64,000 nucleotides of DNA from Octopus sinensis (lineage: Eukaryota): positions 130,262,001 to 130,326,000 of the forward strand of contig NC_043000.1 of assembly GCF_006345805.1 (NCBI RefSeq), given 5' to 3'. Made by a program: the position numbers and the translations under genes. The notes beneath the pieces are model-generated. The model did not search any database. It was not told the DNA's origin and saw only the letters and a program-made list of their open reading frames with translations. Of the stretch, positions 50,191 through 64,000 are shown piece by piece; positions within the stretch are counted from its first letter, which is position 1; each line of letters opens with the position of its first letter.

Positions 50191-51544
50191 ATTGAGAAAA
50201 AGGGGGCAGTCAGAATTTTGGACAATTCTTTATTACCGCTTTCGTATGTTTATCGACAAAAATCAAAATGATGAAAACAAAATGTTTCGTTGTTCTTCAT
50301 TTATATGAATCGGATGCATTTTTGCTTTGTTTAGAAAAGAAGAAAAATGTTTTTTCCCCCTCTTTCTTGGTTGTCCTGAAGCTCCCCCTCTCTCTCTTTC
50401 TCTGCGTTATGTGAATAACTACCTGAGCTAAATGATGCTGCCATCTTTGTCTATTTGTATGGGCTAAGTAAATTCTGAACACCCACTCAAAAGAGTAAAT
50501 ACAAAGTTAAAGCGCACTCCGTATAATCAGGGATCATAGTGGGAAGCAATTGTTTTCAATTGCTATGAAATACGCTTTCTTAATCATGAAATATTGTGCT
50601 AGTTCTTCTAAGATAATACTGAAAACTTAGCCGCATGCGGACACATACACATACATCATACTCAATGTGGATTATTGTAAGAGCTCCATAATACTGTAAT
50701 GTTCGCTTTGATAAAGTATCTCGTATAGACATATCGTGCTAAAAACGGAGGCATACCAGTAGCAGAAGAAAATTATTTGGCTAGCATGCCGTGATAGTGG
50801 ATACCTGTTCCTGATGACGTGCAGATGCAGTGAAATCATGTGATCAAGCAGTTTCCAGCTGGAGCTGGACACCTTTTTTTCTGTCTGCTTCTGATAAGTC
50901 TGTGCTTTTTTGCACTGTGCGTCTATAGGAGATGCTCTCAGGAAACGAATACTACAGTATTGTGTCATTCTTACACTATATCCACGTTAACTAGGCTATA
51001 CAGGTGGCTATTCAGCACTACTACTTCCGTCGCCACTTACATACACATACACATACACGCGTGTGAGTACTACAAATCACAAATCTTCCTTTCACTTTAA
51101 AATAAATCTTGTTCCGAAATAATTTCGTTCTGGTTGCTGCCGGACAAACATTTTCCTCTGGTTTAGTCAGAAAACAAGACAGCGACCATGATACTTGTTA
51201 GGGCCTCTAAGGAAGGTTTCATAAAAGCCGAAGACGCGCACCAAATATTTGCAACAGGATGGGCTCCTTTGCTAAATATATCAAAGGGTAAGTCAGTGGT
51301 TTTGAAACGGATGAAAGATTATGTCTACCACCATAGTAATCTATAGTAGCATTTTACATCAAAATGTCAAGAGCTGCAACAAACGCATAACAGTTCTAAA
51401 GATTCTGAAAATCCACTACCCTAGAGTGGAAATTTATTATGCTGATATCAGAAGGACGAAGGGCGAAAACTGAACCCGGTAAGGAACCAGAGAATAGACA
51501 ACAAAGGATTTCGTCTGAAGGTGTTAACAGCTCTACCAACATTT

Positions 51545-51703
51545 TTCTCTCTTTTACTCTTTTACTCTTTAACTTGTTTCACTCAATTGACTGCGGCCAT
51601 GCTGGGGCACCGCCTTTAGTCGAGCAAATCGACCCCAGGACTTATTCTTTGTAAGCCTAGCACTCATTCTATCGGCCACTTTTGCCGAACCGCTAAGTAA
51701 CGG
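51545..51703 (-). mobile_element. SINE family A, 3' part only (5'-truncated)
   Basis: Tail and part of the body. Confidence 0.88.
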
Positions 51704-53014
51704 TGCAAATAGACAAATAGACAACAGAAGACATTTTGTCATTTAATACCAATCAAACAAGTCATTATTGAGTTAGTAACTTCAGGAACGTTTTATCCTT
51801 TCGGCTTCTTTAATATCTACAACTATACCTATCCTATTTACGATCTGGGTTTTGTTTTTCGTATTTTCTTGAGCATTGTTTCTTATGATGTTGTATTGTT
51901 CAGCCATGTTGTTTCTAGAAACGCTCTGCTTGGCCAATTATATTTTAACACAATCAGGAATAAAAGGTTCCTTCAAGCAACGTGATCAAAAGAATAATTA
52001 GTTCATTAACCTCTTAACATATTATCCCGTATATTTTCGTTCAGAGATGTCTTGTAAATATTTATTTGAACGAAAATATACTTTCACTGTACTCTGAGAT
52101 ATCTGCCACTTATTTCTAACCCAAAGTAATTCGTTCATGATGTTATTTCTGTTCCTATCTTTAACTATTAGTAACTATCATTTCTATCCGTAACTTCATT
52201 AATAAATCATTACTGAGCCAAAATAATTTGCATACTTATTCTTCCTTACATATAGATTAAAAATAATAATAAATATGATATTTGCATGGAGATTGAAGAA
52301 ATTGTGTATATTAAGAGGGTAACAAGGTAATGTGTTTTGATATTAATTTCAGATATATTCAATGAAATTTAATAATTTTGCAACTGCATCCGCTGGTTGA
52401 CTCTGGTTTATGTACGCATATTTCTGTCCATATGTTATCCATCATCTTGTGCTTAATGGGCACGATAAATTTTGGACACCCACTCGGATGAGAAGCAACC
52501 TAAGGGCGCTTAATTAAAGCCAGTCAACGACATTGAAAAATGTGGATGTATATGTGCATGTGCTTATGTTTTTTTATACACGCATGTAAAAGCAAATGGA
52601 AGAATCATTTGTCACTATGAAGCTTGATACGCTTTTTTGCGTACTAATTTGCTTTAAGACATTTCGTGGTTAAGGGCGGTTATTACCTGCATTTCCCAAA
52701 ATGAAATACCACCATAGTTTTCCTTGTTCAAGAATGAACGCATACGTTGTTGCAAAGGAAGAACTTGTCACGATCCCCCGGGTGCTGCATATTCCATTGA
52801 CGTGCCGATGGTATCTACGGAGTAAAATTCTGTTTTTCCCACTCTCTTACGGTTTTTCGTCATTATGATCCTACGAGAGGAAGCACAAAAATGAGCTCCT
52901 ACTAAATAGTGAGTCAAGAGCTCCTGAGTATGTACGTTATATTTTCTTTTAGGTTATTTTCTATAAAGAATTTTTCCAATAAAGAAAACACTTCCTCCGA
53001 ACAAGGAGCTGGTT

Positions 53015-53335
53015 TTTGGGTCCGGGTTCAGTCTTACTGCGCGGATCCTTGGCCCGACCAAAGCCTCGTGAGTGGATTTGGTAGACAAAGCTGAAAGAAG
53101 CCAGTCGTGTATGTGCGTGTACATACATACATACATACATACGTGTGTACGTTTCTGTATGTCTTTTGTGTATGCTTTTGTTCTCTACCACAGCTTAACA
53201 ATCAGTGATGGTGTGTTACGTACCGGTAACTTAGCGGCTTGGCCAAGAGACGTATAAAATTAGTACTAGGCTCTACAAAAATAAGTACTAGAGTCGATTC
53301 AGTCAACTAAAAATTCTTCAAGGTGGTGTCCCAGT
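53015..53335 (+). mobile_element. SINE family A, diverged copy
   Basis: gcccgaccaaagcctcgtgagtggatttggtagac ... aaggtggtgtcccag. Confidence 0.75.
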
Positions 53336-55369
53336 ATAAATGTACATTGATTTAAATTTCTGCCAATATTGTGTTAGAATGGGTTAGATCTATTCTAGTA
53401 ATTTTGTGAGTTAGTGTCTTCCGATGAAGTTGCTTCTTTTATCAATACCACTGGAGAAGAAAAGCGCTTGCACTACATCTTTTAACTGAAATATGCGCAT
53501 TTGTAGGCTTCAGTTAAAAGATGTAAAACAAAAAATAAAATACATTTGCATTTGACAAATACTTCGACGAGTATGTCCCACAAATAATCTTTATGTTGGT
53601 GTGAATTCAACGGAAGAGCAGTGCTTTTTTTTACGGACAACATTGCACACACTGCACCAACATATAGAAAAGCTGCTACTCACAGTTAATATGTTCCTCA
53701 TAACATAAATGTGACATAAATCTAACATTTCCGGTCGAATCTTGAATATTTCTTTCATATAGTGTCGTATATTAGGTATTTCGTAGCTATCTCCTGGTCT
53801 CAGACTGCAATTGCATGGCCTTCTAAATGAAAATATAACGTTTATATGGATATTGACATGAATGGCTATATTTGTAAAATACACCTGTAGCCCAGATTCA
53901 CTGCCTTCCTTATCTGTATAATTCCCTGCTGCTGGTCTGCTTTGATCTCTGTGTGCATGTTTTGGAAGAGAGTGAATGGCTTTTATGTATGTATTCTTGT
54001 ATATGTGCAGCTGTGCCCGTGTTTAAGAGTATGTTTAGTGTCTAAGATCATGTGTTTGTTACGTAAGCGCATGCGTGAATGTTTAAGCTCAAGTGTTTAA
54101 TTGTAACTCCCCTTGAACCAAACATTTGGCAGAAATATTTTTCATAGATGACTGAACTTATGCTTGCATATTGAAAATGGTGGATGATAGACAAAATCTT
54201 TCTCGGTTGAACACTAAGCAAGAACGCAGCGTAAAGGCATATAGATATGTAAGCATTTCTTTTAACTCACTTCTTATGTCTAAATCTTTAATAGTAATGG
54301 TTGCTTATATACACTCAACGTACAAATTTGTCGGGAAGAAGTATACGACAATGTAGACCGCTTCCCTCTCAAGGGCATTAACACAATGAGCAATTTCATA
54401 ATGGTTCTTACTAGCTCAAAAAACTTCTTACATAGCTCTACTGGATGAAACAAACTCCTTTTTTTCTCTCTTACCAGTTACAAGCTATAAAGAGTTAAAA
54501 GAAAAATTTTCGTAAGAGTATATACAATGTAAGACTCGGCTTGTGGAACATAGATCAATTAAGTAAATTATATATCTTCCAGAGTTATCTGTTACAAACG
54601 CGTTTCATTTACATATTGGTAATAACGTTTTCGAACCCAAGGGTGAAACACAAGTTAATTTCAAACTGTTAAGTATTCGGAAACGCATGGGAGGAAACAA
54701 GATATTTCAGTTGATGTATATTCTGTCTATATATATTAATTCCGCAATATTTTATTTGTTTTTAAATATGAACAAAGACAATGTGTTCTAGAAATAAGAT
54801 GTGTACGGTGTGTTGACGTCTTCACCGAAGGCGAAGTGAAATTATTGCAGTCGAGAATTAAAATTGCTCGTACTCCCATGTTAGCCGGAACTTACTGTCT
54901 GGACTAGGATGTCGGTCATATAACACCTTATTACTAAATTCACCTTGTCAATTTATTGCAGTTCTTTCTATTCAGAGAGCGAATGAAGAGAAAGGGGAAG
55001 GGAGAATAAAAAGAGACACGCACAGATTGCTATAGCACTTTTTTGTCTTGTAATTAACGGTCAATACTGTCTCTGTTACCAATAATATTAAATCTCTTCG
55101 TGTTTTTCATCATCATTTTTAATTCATAAGACAAATAGAAAATGGAAGTGTATTCAGTTTTGCCAGACACTCACAGAATGGCAAAGAGATAACTAGATAA
55201 CAGGAATGTAATTAACGTTACTATGAGTAATCGTAACTCGGTGATTGAGGAATGGAATAAACCGTGACAAATATGAAGATGTGCTGGGGAAACTATTCAG
55301 TGAGCAATCAACGAAAACATACTGAGGGGGAGGTATGTGAAAGAGTACAGAATAATTAATACATTTAAG

Positions 55370-55535
55370 GAAAGTTTACGAAAAAAGCAAAAGATGAAGA
55401 CAGGTGGTGTACAAAACAAACACATGTATTAGTATAACGCTCAGGAATAGAAAAAGCATTTTACGTTTCGAGCCTATGCTCTTCTACAGAAAGGTTCACA
55501 GAAAAAAACAAGGAGAGAAACAAGGAGAGAAAAAA
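55370..55535 (-). mobile_element. Hammerhead-bearing family H1, copy 2 (motif at 55457-55494)
   Basis: Minus strand reads ttt-CTGTAGAA-GAGC(atag)GCTC-GAAACGTA-aaa. Flanked by the direct repeat aatacatttaag(g)aaagttta. Confidence 0.65.
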
Positions 55536-56269
55536 TACATTTAAGAAAGTTTAATACCAGGAATTTTAGATGGCGAGGGTTTTTTCATAGGATCAGTAGA
55601 AATTAGCATGAAGAAAACAGTCAGATGCTGTAACTAACGGTGTAGTCTTCAGGTGTAGTCTTCCCTTGCTTTAGTTGACCTCATGGTTGAATCTCATGGT
55701 TTGTAATACAGTAGTAACATCACACCTTATTTTGTAGTGATGCTGGTGGAGAATAATATTGTTTCAAATACTGAAGGTCTACTGAAAACATTAAGAATTC
55801 ATTTATGTGGATGTATATTTAATACAAGTTGTATATTCCAGCGATATTTGGCCCTTAAAATCAACCGAAGAACTGCAAAGTAGGGATTTCTAACCTAGCC
55901 ACTGCCTTAAAAAAGAGAAGATGCATTAGATAATGCAGTCATAGATACCCTTAAAAGGTTGAGAGTTTAAAGAATTCAATACCTTTTCGTATAGTCGAAC
56001 CCCAAAGTAAATGACCTGCATGTATGCTATAACAGGAGCCTCAAAGGAATTCGAACCCCGTATCAATCGGGCTTCCGATCATCACAGAACGCAGGCCAAT
56101 AGCGTAGCATTTATTATTTCCGAGTAATTTGTGATGATTTCAAGTACAGTAAAATGACAATAGCAACATAATTGAATTATATATTAATACAAGTAATTAA
56201 TTATACTGAAAACAAATTAATAAAATTATCAAGTCATTCATTCACTTGGGTTTGAAAAAAATAAGACAA

Positions 56270-56640
56270 TGAAACAAAGAAGAAAAGAGAAGAAATAGAA
56301 ACAAAGGAAAAAGACGAAAAGGAAGAACCAGAAGACGAAGACAAAGGGAGGGAACAAGAAGAACAAGAGGAAGGCGACGAAGAAGAGGAAAGAGGGAGAA
56401 TAGGGAGAGGGAGGGAGGAGAAGAGGAAGGAGAGAGAAGGGAGGGGGAGGAGGAGGAGGAGGAGAGCAAGAACAAGAAGAAGAAGAAGAACAAGAAGAAG
56501 AAAGAGAGAAAGAGGAGGAAAGGAAAAATGAAGAAAAAGAACACGTAAAGAAGAAAACGAAAGAAAAGAAAAGAAAGGAAAAAAATGAAAAAACAAGAAG
56601 TAAAGGGAGAAGGAAGGAAAGGAAAGATGAGAAGAGGAGG
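56270..56640. repeat. ~370-bp polypurine (GAA/GGA) low-complexity tract
   Basis: Seen directly in the sequence. Confidence 0.95.
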
Positions 56641-57829
56641 AATAAGAACCATCACTAACGGATTGTTTATTTAACAAACGATTATTATGTATCGTTTTTG
56701 CAGTTAATCTCAATATGTTTTCGTTGAAATTTTGACAACATACTTTGTATACAAACCAAGCTTTTGTTACAGTACTCAGTGACCGGCTATCAATAATGCA
56801 GTTCTCATGGTTTAGCTGCCATAAATTAATCCTTCTGTCACCCAAACACCCAACCACAACCCGTTCCATATATTTTTCATATCGTTCTTGGTTTATTACA
56901 ACACATTTCTTTGTTCTAAAACACATTGGAATGTTGGAAATGTTTACTGCTATATTGCAACTGATAGTTCATCAGAAGTTGTTGATATTTTTTGCTATTT
57001 TTTTTCTCGTACAAACAACATTGTTTTTGTTTTTGTTGATATTTTTGAAGTTACTGAGTGAACTTTGTCTTTTTTTCTAGCCTTCCTTGCATTAAACTCT
57101 AATTTCTTTTATTTTTTTCATACCCCAACTACTTGACCTGTTCATTTATATTGATTTCCTACATTTGCACAAAACTAGAAATTTAAAGCTGTTGGTCAGT
57201 TTAACGGGATTGCTATGTAGTGCTTCAAAGCATGACCTGACTGGAGTCTTAGGGGTGCCTTCGTCACATAAAGCGTGTCAGGGGCATCTAAATCTCGCTG
57301 AACCTATTCCTTCTCCAGACCTCACTACAGCAAATTTCTTCCAGTGAGACATACAGACAAAGGAGAGAGAGACACAGTAACAATGGCCACGGGTAGTGGA
57401 CTACAATTTTACCAACTTTGAGGTGATAAAATGTAAAGATGACCAAGGTGAAATTTGAACTCAGATCGCAGAGAGCACTAACAAATACTGCAAGCAATTT
57501 TAACGATGCTTTGAGTACTCTCCTAATTTGCAGCTTTATATTTACTTTTATTTGACGTCAGAGTCTTCACAGGGTTTTAACACATAACATAACAGAAAAT
57601 TTCGCACCCATCCTGCAACACGATTTTTTTTCTTTCCATTACATTATAATTAAGACCTGCTGGCAACTGATTACAAAATAGCAGCTGCTCGAATAACAAT
57701 TAGACTTAATCTATCGTCTGTTGTAACAGCTATTTAATCTTCCCTCCAACTCGTCTCGCATTTCTTGAAAACTTTCATAGGCACTCCCTTTCTTTCGACG
57801 ACTATGCCATAAAAAATGAAAATAGTGAC

Positions 57830-58200
57830 TGAAAGGTCGACAGCACAAATACAAGCATCATTACCGTATAATCTCCAGAACCAAAATATCTCTCTTAGTG
57901 CTAAAGAAATATCACTGATACTCACGGAACAGACGCCTCTAAGAGCAGGTAACTTTTACTAGAGCCCTGCTGGAGGAGCACTAACTTTTTGTATCAGTCT
58001 AGCTAACAGCCCAAGGGAACCAACTTGCGTGTTAATTGTATTGCCATAGAGGTTGGAGCCAGAGATGTTTAGGGCAAATCTGCTTACCCTTTAATGAAAC
58101 AATACTCAGTCTCTGAGAAGAAACGGACCAAAGCCCTAAAAGCAATATCAAAGGTAGCAGAGAGATGTTCCGGCTAGATATGGTCAATGAGGAACAAAAA
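57830..58200 (+). mobile_element. Hero-like (RLE-type) non-LTR retrotransposon C-terminal relic
   Basis: 58028-58200 reads in one frame RVNCIAIEVGARDV*GKSAYPLMKQYSVSEKKRTKALKAISKVAERCSG*IWSMRNKN. This fits the 'C.PIEVG.RG...AE..S.W.W..R' end of RLE elements as recalled; the clade assignment is unverified. Confidence 0.7.
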
Positions 58201-59684
58201 CTACCTCCATACTCTTCGAAGGCGTTATTTTTGCTTTGTAACGTAAAAGGAATTGACTTTCAGTGAATCATTCTTATAGTGTTGACGTTTCCCTCCTACC
58301 ATGACCACCATGTTATTTCTTCTTTTAGTATAAGTTTGAAAGCTTGTTAAACGGAAAGTGATTACAAGATACAATCTCCAACGGTTTATATGCACAAGTC
58401 TCTGATATCAAAGTGTGATAAAAAAGTGTCAGCAGGAGGATACCCAGGTATCATGACTTGGATGCGGCCGGCCTCTCCTTAGAGTGTAAAGAGTTAAGAG
58501 CCGAAACACTTGCCTGAGTGGGGTTACTTCTCTGAAGTTCGGCAGTTCAACTCTCTTGAGAGTTTGTTACCACTAGCATCTCTCATAGTCTCATAGTTAT
58601 ATTTCACCACATGCATACAAAATATACTTCTCAGAAAATGGACAATCAGATGCTAAAGTTGTAAAAAGCGCGAGTCAGCCTGGAAGATATTATTAGCAAC
58701 AGATAACAATCACTTCAGTAGATTATACTCTATTGAAAAGGAGGCAAGGAACTATTTTCATTTCACTGTTAGGGATATTTGTGCAGAATATAGATATCTA
58801 ATCACTGTAATTTCTACCTTTTAGAATTCGAAACCTAATACGAACTGACGTTGTCTCTAAATCTTCAATTTTTAAAATTCCTGCTTTAGATACAGGTGTA
58901 AAGAAGGGGAGTTATCGATGCAATCGACTGGTTGGGGCTCGGTAGGATTTGAACTCAGAACGCAAGAAGTTGAAAGAGATGCTGCAAGCTATTTTATTGG
59001 ACGTTCTGACACTTCTACCTGCTACTATCATCTTTTTCGTCAGCTTAGTATCAGTGAAATAATAGTAGCAGCTTAGCGTAAGATATTTCGCTTTCTCTTT
59101 TACGTTGTGAGTTCAAATCCTATCTGTGTCGATAATGATTAATACAGAAATTTAAATATGAAATTTATCTAGTGATGTCAGTTAAATGGGTAACTCACTT
59201 CCAGCACAAATTTAGAAGCTAGTATCTGTGTAATTATTAAACTTTTAGTCATAAAAAAAGGAATCAAAATATGTGTGGAAATAGATTCAGCTCCTTGGCG
59301 GAAATGTCATAGGATGGAATTTTCCTTTAAACATTTCAGTACCTTCCATCTCACAGGGTGATATTCCAGCCAAGTGTACATTGCTCACCTCAACTGTGAC
59401 CAGTACCAAAACTAAACGACATACAAACATTTTGGATAGCAGAGAGGTCTATACACAGGATATACAATGAAGCACAGCATATCAGAGTAAATCATTAGGT
59501 ATAGCCATTGTATATCTGGAACAATGAATTGGGGTTTACTCGTAGTCGGTCAAGCGAACCCCTACGAAACTTGGTTCTGCTTTAGCAGAGTTGATGTGAT
59601 GTCAATAATGAGAGCGATTATCTAATAATAAAATAAGTAGAACTAAATAGAAATAACACAAGATATATATAAATATATATATAT

Positions 59685-60073
59685 ATATTGTTGTATTTAG
59701 GAATGGTCATTTTGCCAGTTTAGCCAATAAAAACACACGCACTATATATTTGGTGTTTCTTTGCTTCAGTGTAATTTATTTATACACACTAAATAAACAT
59801 AAACACACATAGAGATATAAGCATGCGCAAATGAAGACATACAATAGAAATACAAAATGGCTGACGGTTAGTAAGGAGAGACACAAATAAGTAAGAAGAA
59901 AGCAAAGGACCACTGATGCGGTCACAGGAGTGTGACGAAAGAACTCTGCCCGAAATAAGATTAAGATTAATGTAAAAAATAAATTACACTGAAGCAAAGA
60001 AACACCAAATATATAGTGCGTGTGTTTTTATTGGCTAAACTGGCAAAATGACCATTCCTAAATACAACAATAT
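59685..60073. mobile_element. 389-bp element with perfect 97-bp terminal inverted repeats (MITE-like or Penelope-type inverted terminus)
   Basis: 59685-59781 is the exact reverse complement of 59977-60073, with a 195-bp spacer. Confidence 0.9.
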
Positions 60074-60110
60074 CTGTTTCAACACACGACTTCACATAAA
60101 AAATTGATTT

Positions 60111-60386
60111 GATTGTTCTGTATGTATAGAAGTCATTTGATGACGCCTTTTAGTTTGTAAGTGGCTGTCCTGTTACAGATTCAATCTGTGGAATATTGAA
60201 ATGATACCCATCTTGTCCATTCCACAAAATAAGAGGATACTGGATAGCATCATAAGTGGGATGAGTCTCTGAAACACGTTTAAGGTTGTTATTTCAAGCA
60301 CGAATGAGAATATCATGATTTTCATGGGGACCACCCACCATAAGGATGGCTACTTCATAAGATGTGGGCTCAATTAAAGCGGCGTA
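60111..60386 (-). mobile_element. Helitron Rep domain fragment (pseudogenised)
   Basis: Reads YAALIEPTSYEVAILMVG..HDILIRA*NNNLKRVSETHPTYDAIQYPLILWNGQDGYHFNIP..TGQP..FYTYR. This matches the Helitron Rep segment 'PT..EVA..RDI..HRSYDALQYPL...GEDGYH'. Confidence 0.85.
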
Positions 60387-60464
60387 ACCAGGAAACACAC
60401 ACATATTCACAGACACATACATACTCATACACATATGTATATGTATGTGTAGATGTGTGTATGT

Positions 60465-61583
<1,119 letters not shown>

Positions 61584-61907
61584 CTGTTTTATATATTAAG
61601 TTTTATATGTGAAGCCGCTTACTAACGTTTGAATATATGCTATTAAAACGTCAGATAGCTTCTGGAGAATATTCAAGTTCAAATTCCTTCCATGAGCCCT
61701 AAACAGTTGTTTGATGCAAGTCCCGAAAGGTTGTTATAAATGATATCTCTTGGTGGGGATACACAGAAGTGTAGATTTTCGGTTATGTAGAATAACGGCA
61801 GCAAGACGCAGTGGATGCTGGCAATGAAGGGTATATAAAGATCGTTGATGTTAATGTTAAAGTAGACCAAAGATGAAAGCTATCCTGGCTTCGACCACCG
61901 TCTTTTT

Positions 61908-62138
61908 ATTTCTTTGTTGCCCACAAAGGTCTACACATAGAGGGGACAAACAAGGACAGACAAAGGGATTCAGTTGGTTACATTGACCCCAGTTCGTAAC
62001 TGGTACTTAGTTTATTGACCCCGAAAGGATGAAAGGCAAAGTCGACCTTGGCGGAATTTGTACTCAGAACGTAGCGGCAGACGAAATACTTCTATGCATT
62101 TCGTCCGGCGTGCTAACGTTTCTGCCAGCTCACCGCCT
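61908..62138 (-). mobile_element. SINE family B with 16-bp TSD
   Basis: CGACCACCGTCTTTTT at 61892-61907 and 62153-62168. Confidence 0.93.
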
Positions 62139-63432
62139 TTTTTTCTGTATCACGACCACCGTCTTTTTCTGTATCAGGACTGCATTATCCAATGTATACT
62201 TCTTTTAGACAGTAGTTCTTCCAATGAAAGACATTTATTTGCGATTTACCGCTGATTAAGTGACTGCACAGTGACTGCCACCGCAAACCTTTGGATAACA
62301 TTTATGCTATCCTCAAACGCATAGCATTCCTTTGACTGTCTCCAGAATATTGATATAAATCAATTTTAGGACCGTGAACTAGTGTTGTTGTTAATGCCTC
62401 TTAGAATGATACCTAATTCTGTTTTATTGATAATAATTTTGAAGTTCCAAAAAATCATTGAATTAAGATTTTTTGTACGGTTGTGCATACTGTCTGTTGG
62501 AGACGATATTTTTTGAAGAGAGAAAAGACAAACAACTATTTTGATTATAGCTTTATCAGAATTTGTTTTCGGCAGTGCAACTTATTTCACACAATCATCG
62601 ATTATTGTTAGACCCTTAATGGAGTTAGATAAACAGACGCTAAATGTATTTAGTTTCCAGCCTAAAACTGCAATATTCTTAATTGCATACAAGGCCACGA
62701 TTCCATTTATTGAGAAAATGGAGGGTTTAGTGATATAATGCTATTGCTATTCCATGAAGGGTTCTTCTGGGCATTATGTTTACTTCTTTACTGCACTAAA
62801 TGGAGCTTTTAGATAAGAATGATGGAGTTTACCGCCATAACGCACCGACTGACTTCATTAAAGATAAGCTATATTTATTTATTTGTTTTCATATATTTTT
62901 ATCTATCCTTACATCTGAAAATCTTCCTCTGTATCCTGTATCAACAATTTAACACACGCTTACATAGATACATGCTCTTTACTACACCTATACAAACTCA
63001 CATGTACATTTAAGAACGTATATACACACTTACTCTTACAAACTTGTATATATAGATTTATGCACTTAAATATATATCACGCAGAAAATAGTTATCTACA
63101 ATGTGTATGCTTGTCTAAGTATAATTATTGTATAAAAGCGTGTATATGCTCGTCTGGTTATGGGTTTATAACTAAGAATGTGACCCAACTATGGTGGTAA
63201 TTTGGTTTCACTGATGAGATAAAAAGTTAAGGGTAGTTTACATACTAAAGCAGGTATAGTGGTAGTATTACACATTTTGATCTATTTCGGAGGCTATTTG
63301 TACGTAATGTTTTAGTTTTAAGTTTACTAATCACAAGGTCTGATGTATATAAATGCATTTACTAAAGTACTAATGCAGTCTTAATTTGTATGCGATTCTT
63401 CAGATTCAAGGGTAGTAATTATAAATGTGGCT

Positions 63433-63720
63433 AGGTGCAGGCGTGGTTAGGACCACGAGTGGTTTTATGGTAAAAAGCTTGCTTCCAAACCACATGGTTC
63501 GGTTTTCAGTCCCACTACATGGCTCCTTCAGCAAGTGTCTTCTATTACAACTTCGGGCAAACCAACTTGTGAGAGGATTTGGTAGGCGGAAACTTAAAGA
63601 AGCCCGTTGTGTATATGTATGTATGTATGTATGTATGTATGCATGTATGTATGTATGTATGTATGTATGTATGCATGTTTGTATGTATGTATGTATGTAT
63701 ATATATATATATATGTATGT
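63433..63720 (+). mobile_element. SINE family A head half ending in (TATG)n
   Basis: Matches the head and body. Confidence 0.8.
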
Positions 63721-63754
63721 AAGTGGCAAAGCTGGCCCTTTGAAATACAAATAA

Positions 63755-63890
63755 TACTCATTTTTACCAGCTGAGTGGACTGTGCAACATGAAATAAAGT
63801 GTCTTGCTCAATATCACAATGTGCCACTGTAAATTAATCTCATGACCTTTACCACTGTGAGCAGAATACCCTTAAAACTAAGCCACGACC
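63755..63890 (-). mobile_element. SINE family C head plus central domain, decayed
   Basis: tactcatttttaccagctgagtggactgtgcaacatgaaataaagtgtcttgctcaa. Confidence 0.75.
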
Positions 63891-64000
63891 CTTCATAGTA
63901 TACCAAAGGACGCAAAAGTTGTCATATTCACTTTTCGTTGTTTCGTTTCTTTAGTAAAAGTACAGTCTTTTACGAAGTGCCAGAAAGGTTCCTCGTACAT

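Noticed and set aside
50790-50925. Possible minus-strand exon (AQCKKAQ..VIRNR|GTATCC)
   Set aside because: An equally plausible plus-strand acceptor overlaps it, with no homology or partner exon.
51203-51242. CTAAGGAA-GGTTT(cata)AAGCC-GAAGACGCG, a hammerhead-like relic
   Set aside because: Both core halves are mutated, there is no stem I, and there is only one copy in the window.
56234-56926. 230-aa ORF with a faint piggyBac-like flavour (FMAAKP; TAKTIHNNRL)
   Set aside because: More than half is the polypurine tract. No DDD catalytic residues or TTAA/TIR are visible, so the similarity is too weak to call.

Overview
This is AT-rich eukaryotic DNA dominated by repeats and microsatellites, and looks intronic or intergenic. 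The repeat complement looks like that of an octopus or other coleoid cephalopod (inference; no search was run). No complete host gene, tRNA, rRNA or CRISPR array can be supported. There are about 35 copies of three tRNA-derived SINE families (called A, B and C here), including dimers and a trimer each flanked by a single target-site duplication (TSD). Other relics are CR1-group, R4/Dong-like and Hero-like non-LTR retrotransposons, a mellifera-type mariner deletion derivative, and two Helitron pieces. The most notable observations are: (i) two repeat families carrying minimal type I hammerhead-ribozyme-like folds, one with a non-canonical core, probably Penelope-like termini; (ii) a ~1.55 kb ORF1-only zinc-knuckle retroelement whose 3' tail matches SINE B; (iii) a SINE A tail that matches the CR1-group LINE tail; (iv) elements nested in one (TAA)n array; (v) a perfect 97-bp inverted repeat; (vi) a divergent inverted duplication with coding-like conservation. 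A few candidate + strand exons are listed at low confidence. Most repeat boundaries are approximate to about 10-20 bp.
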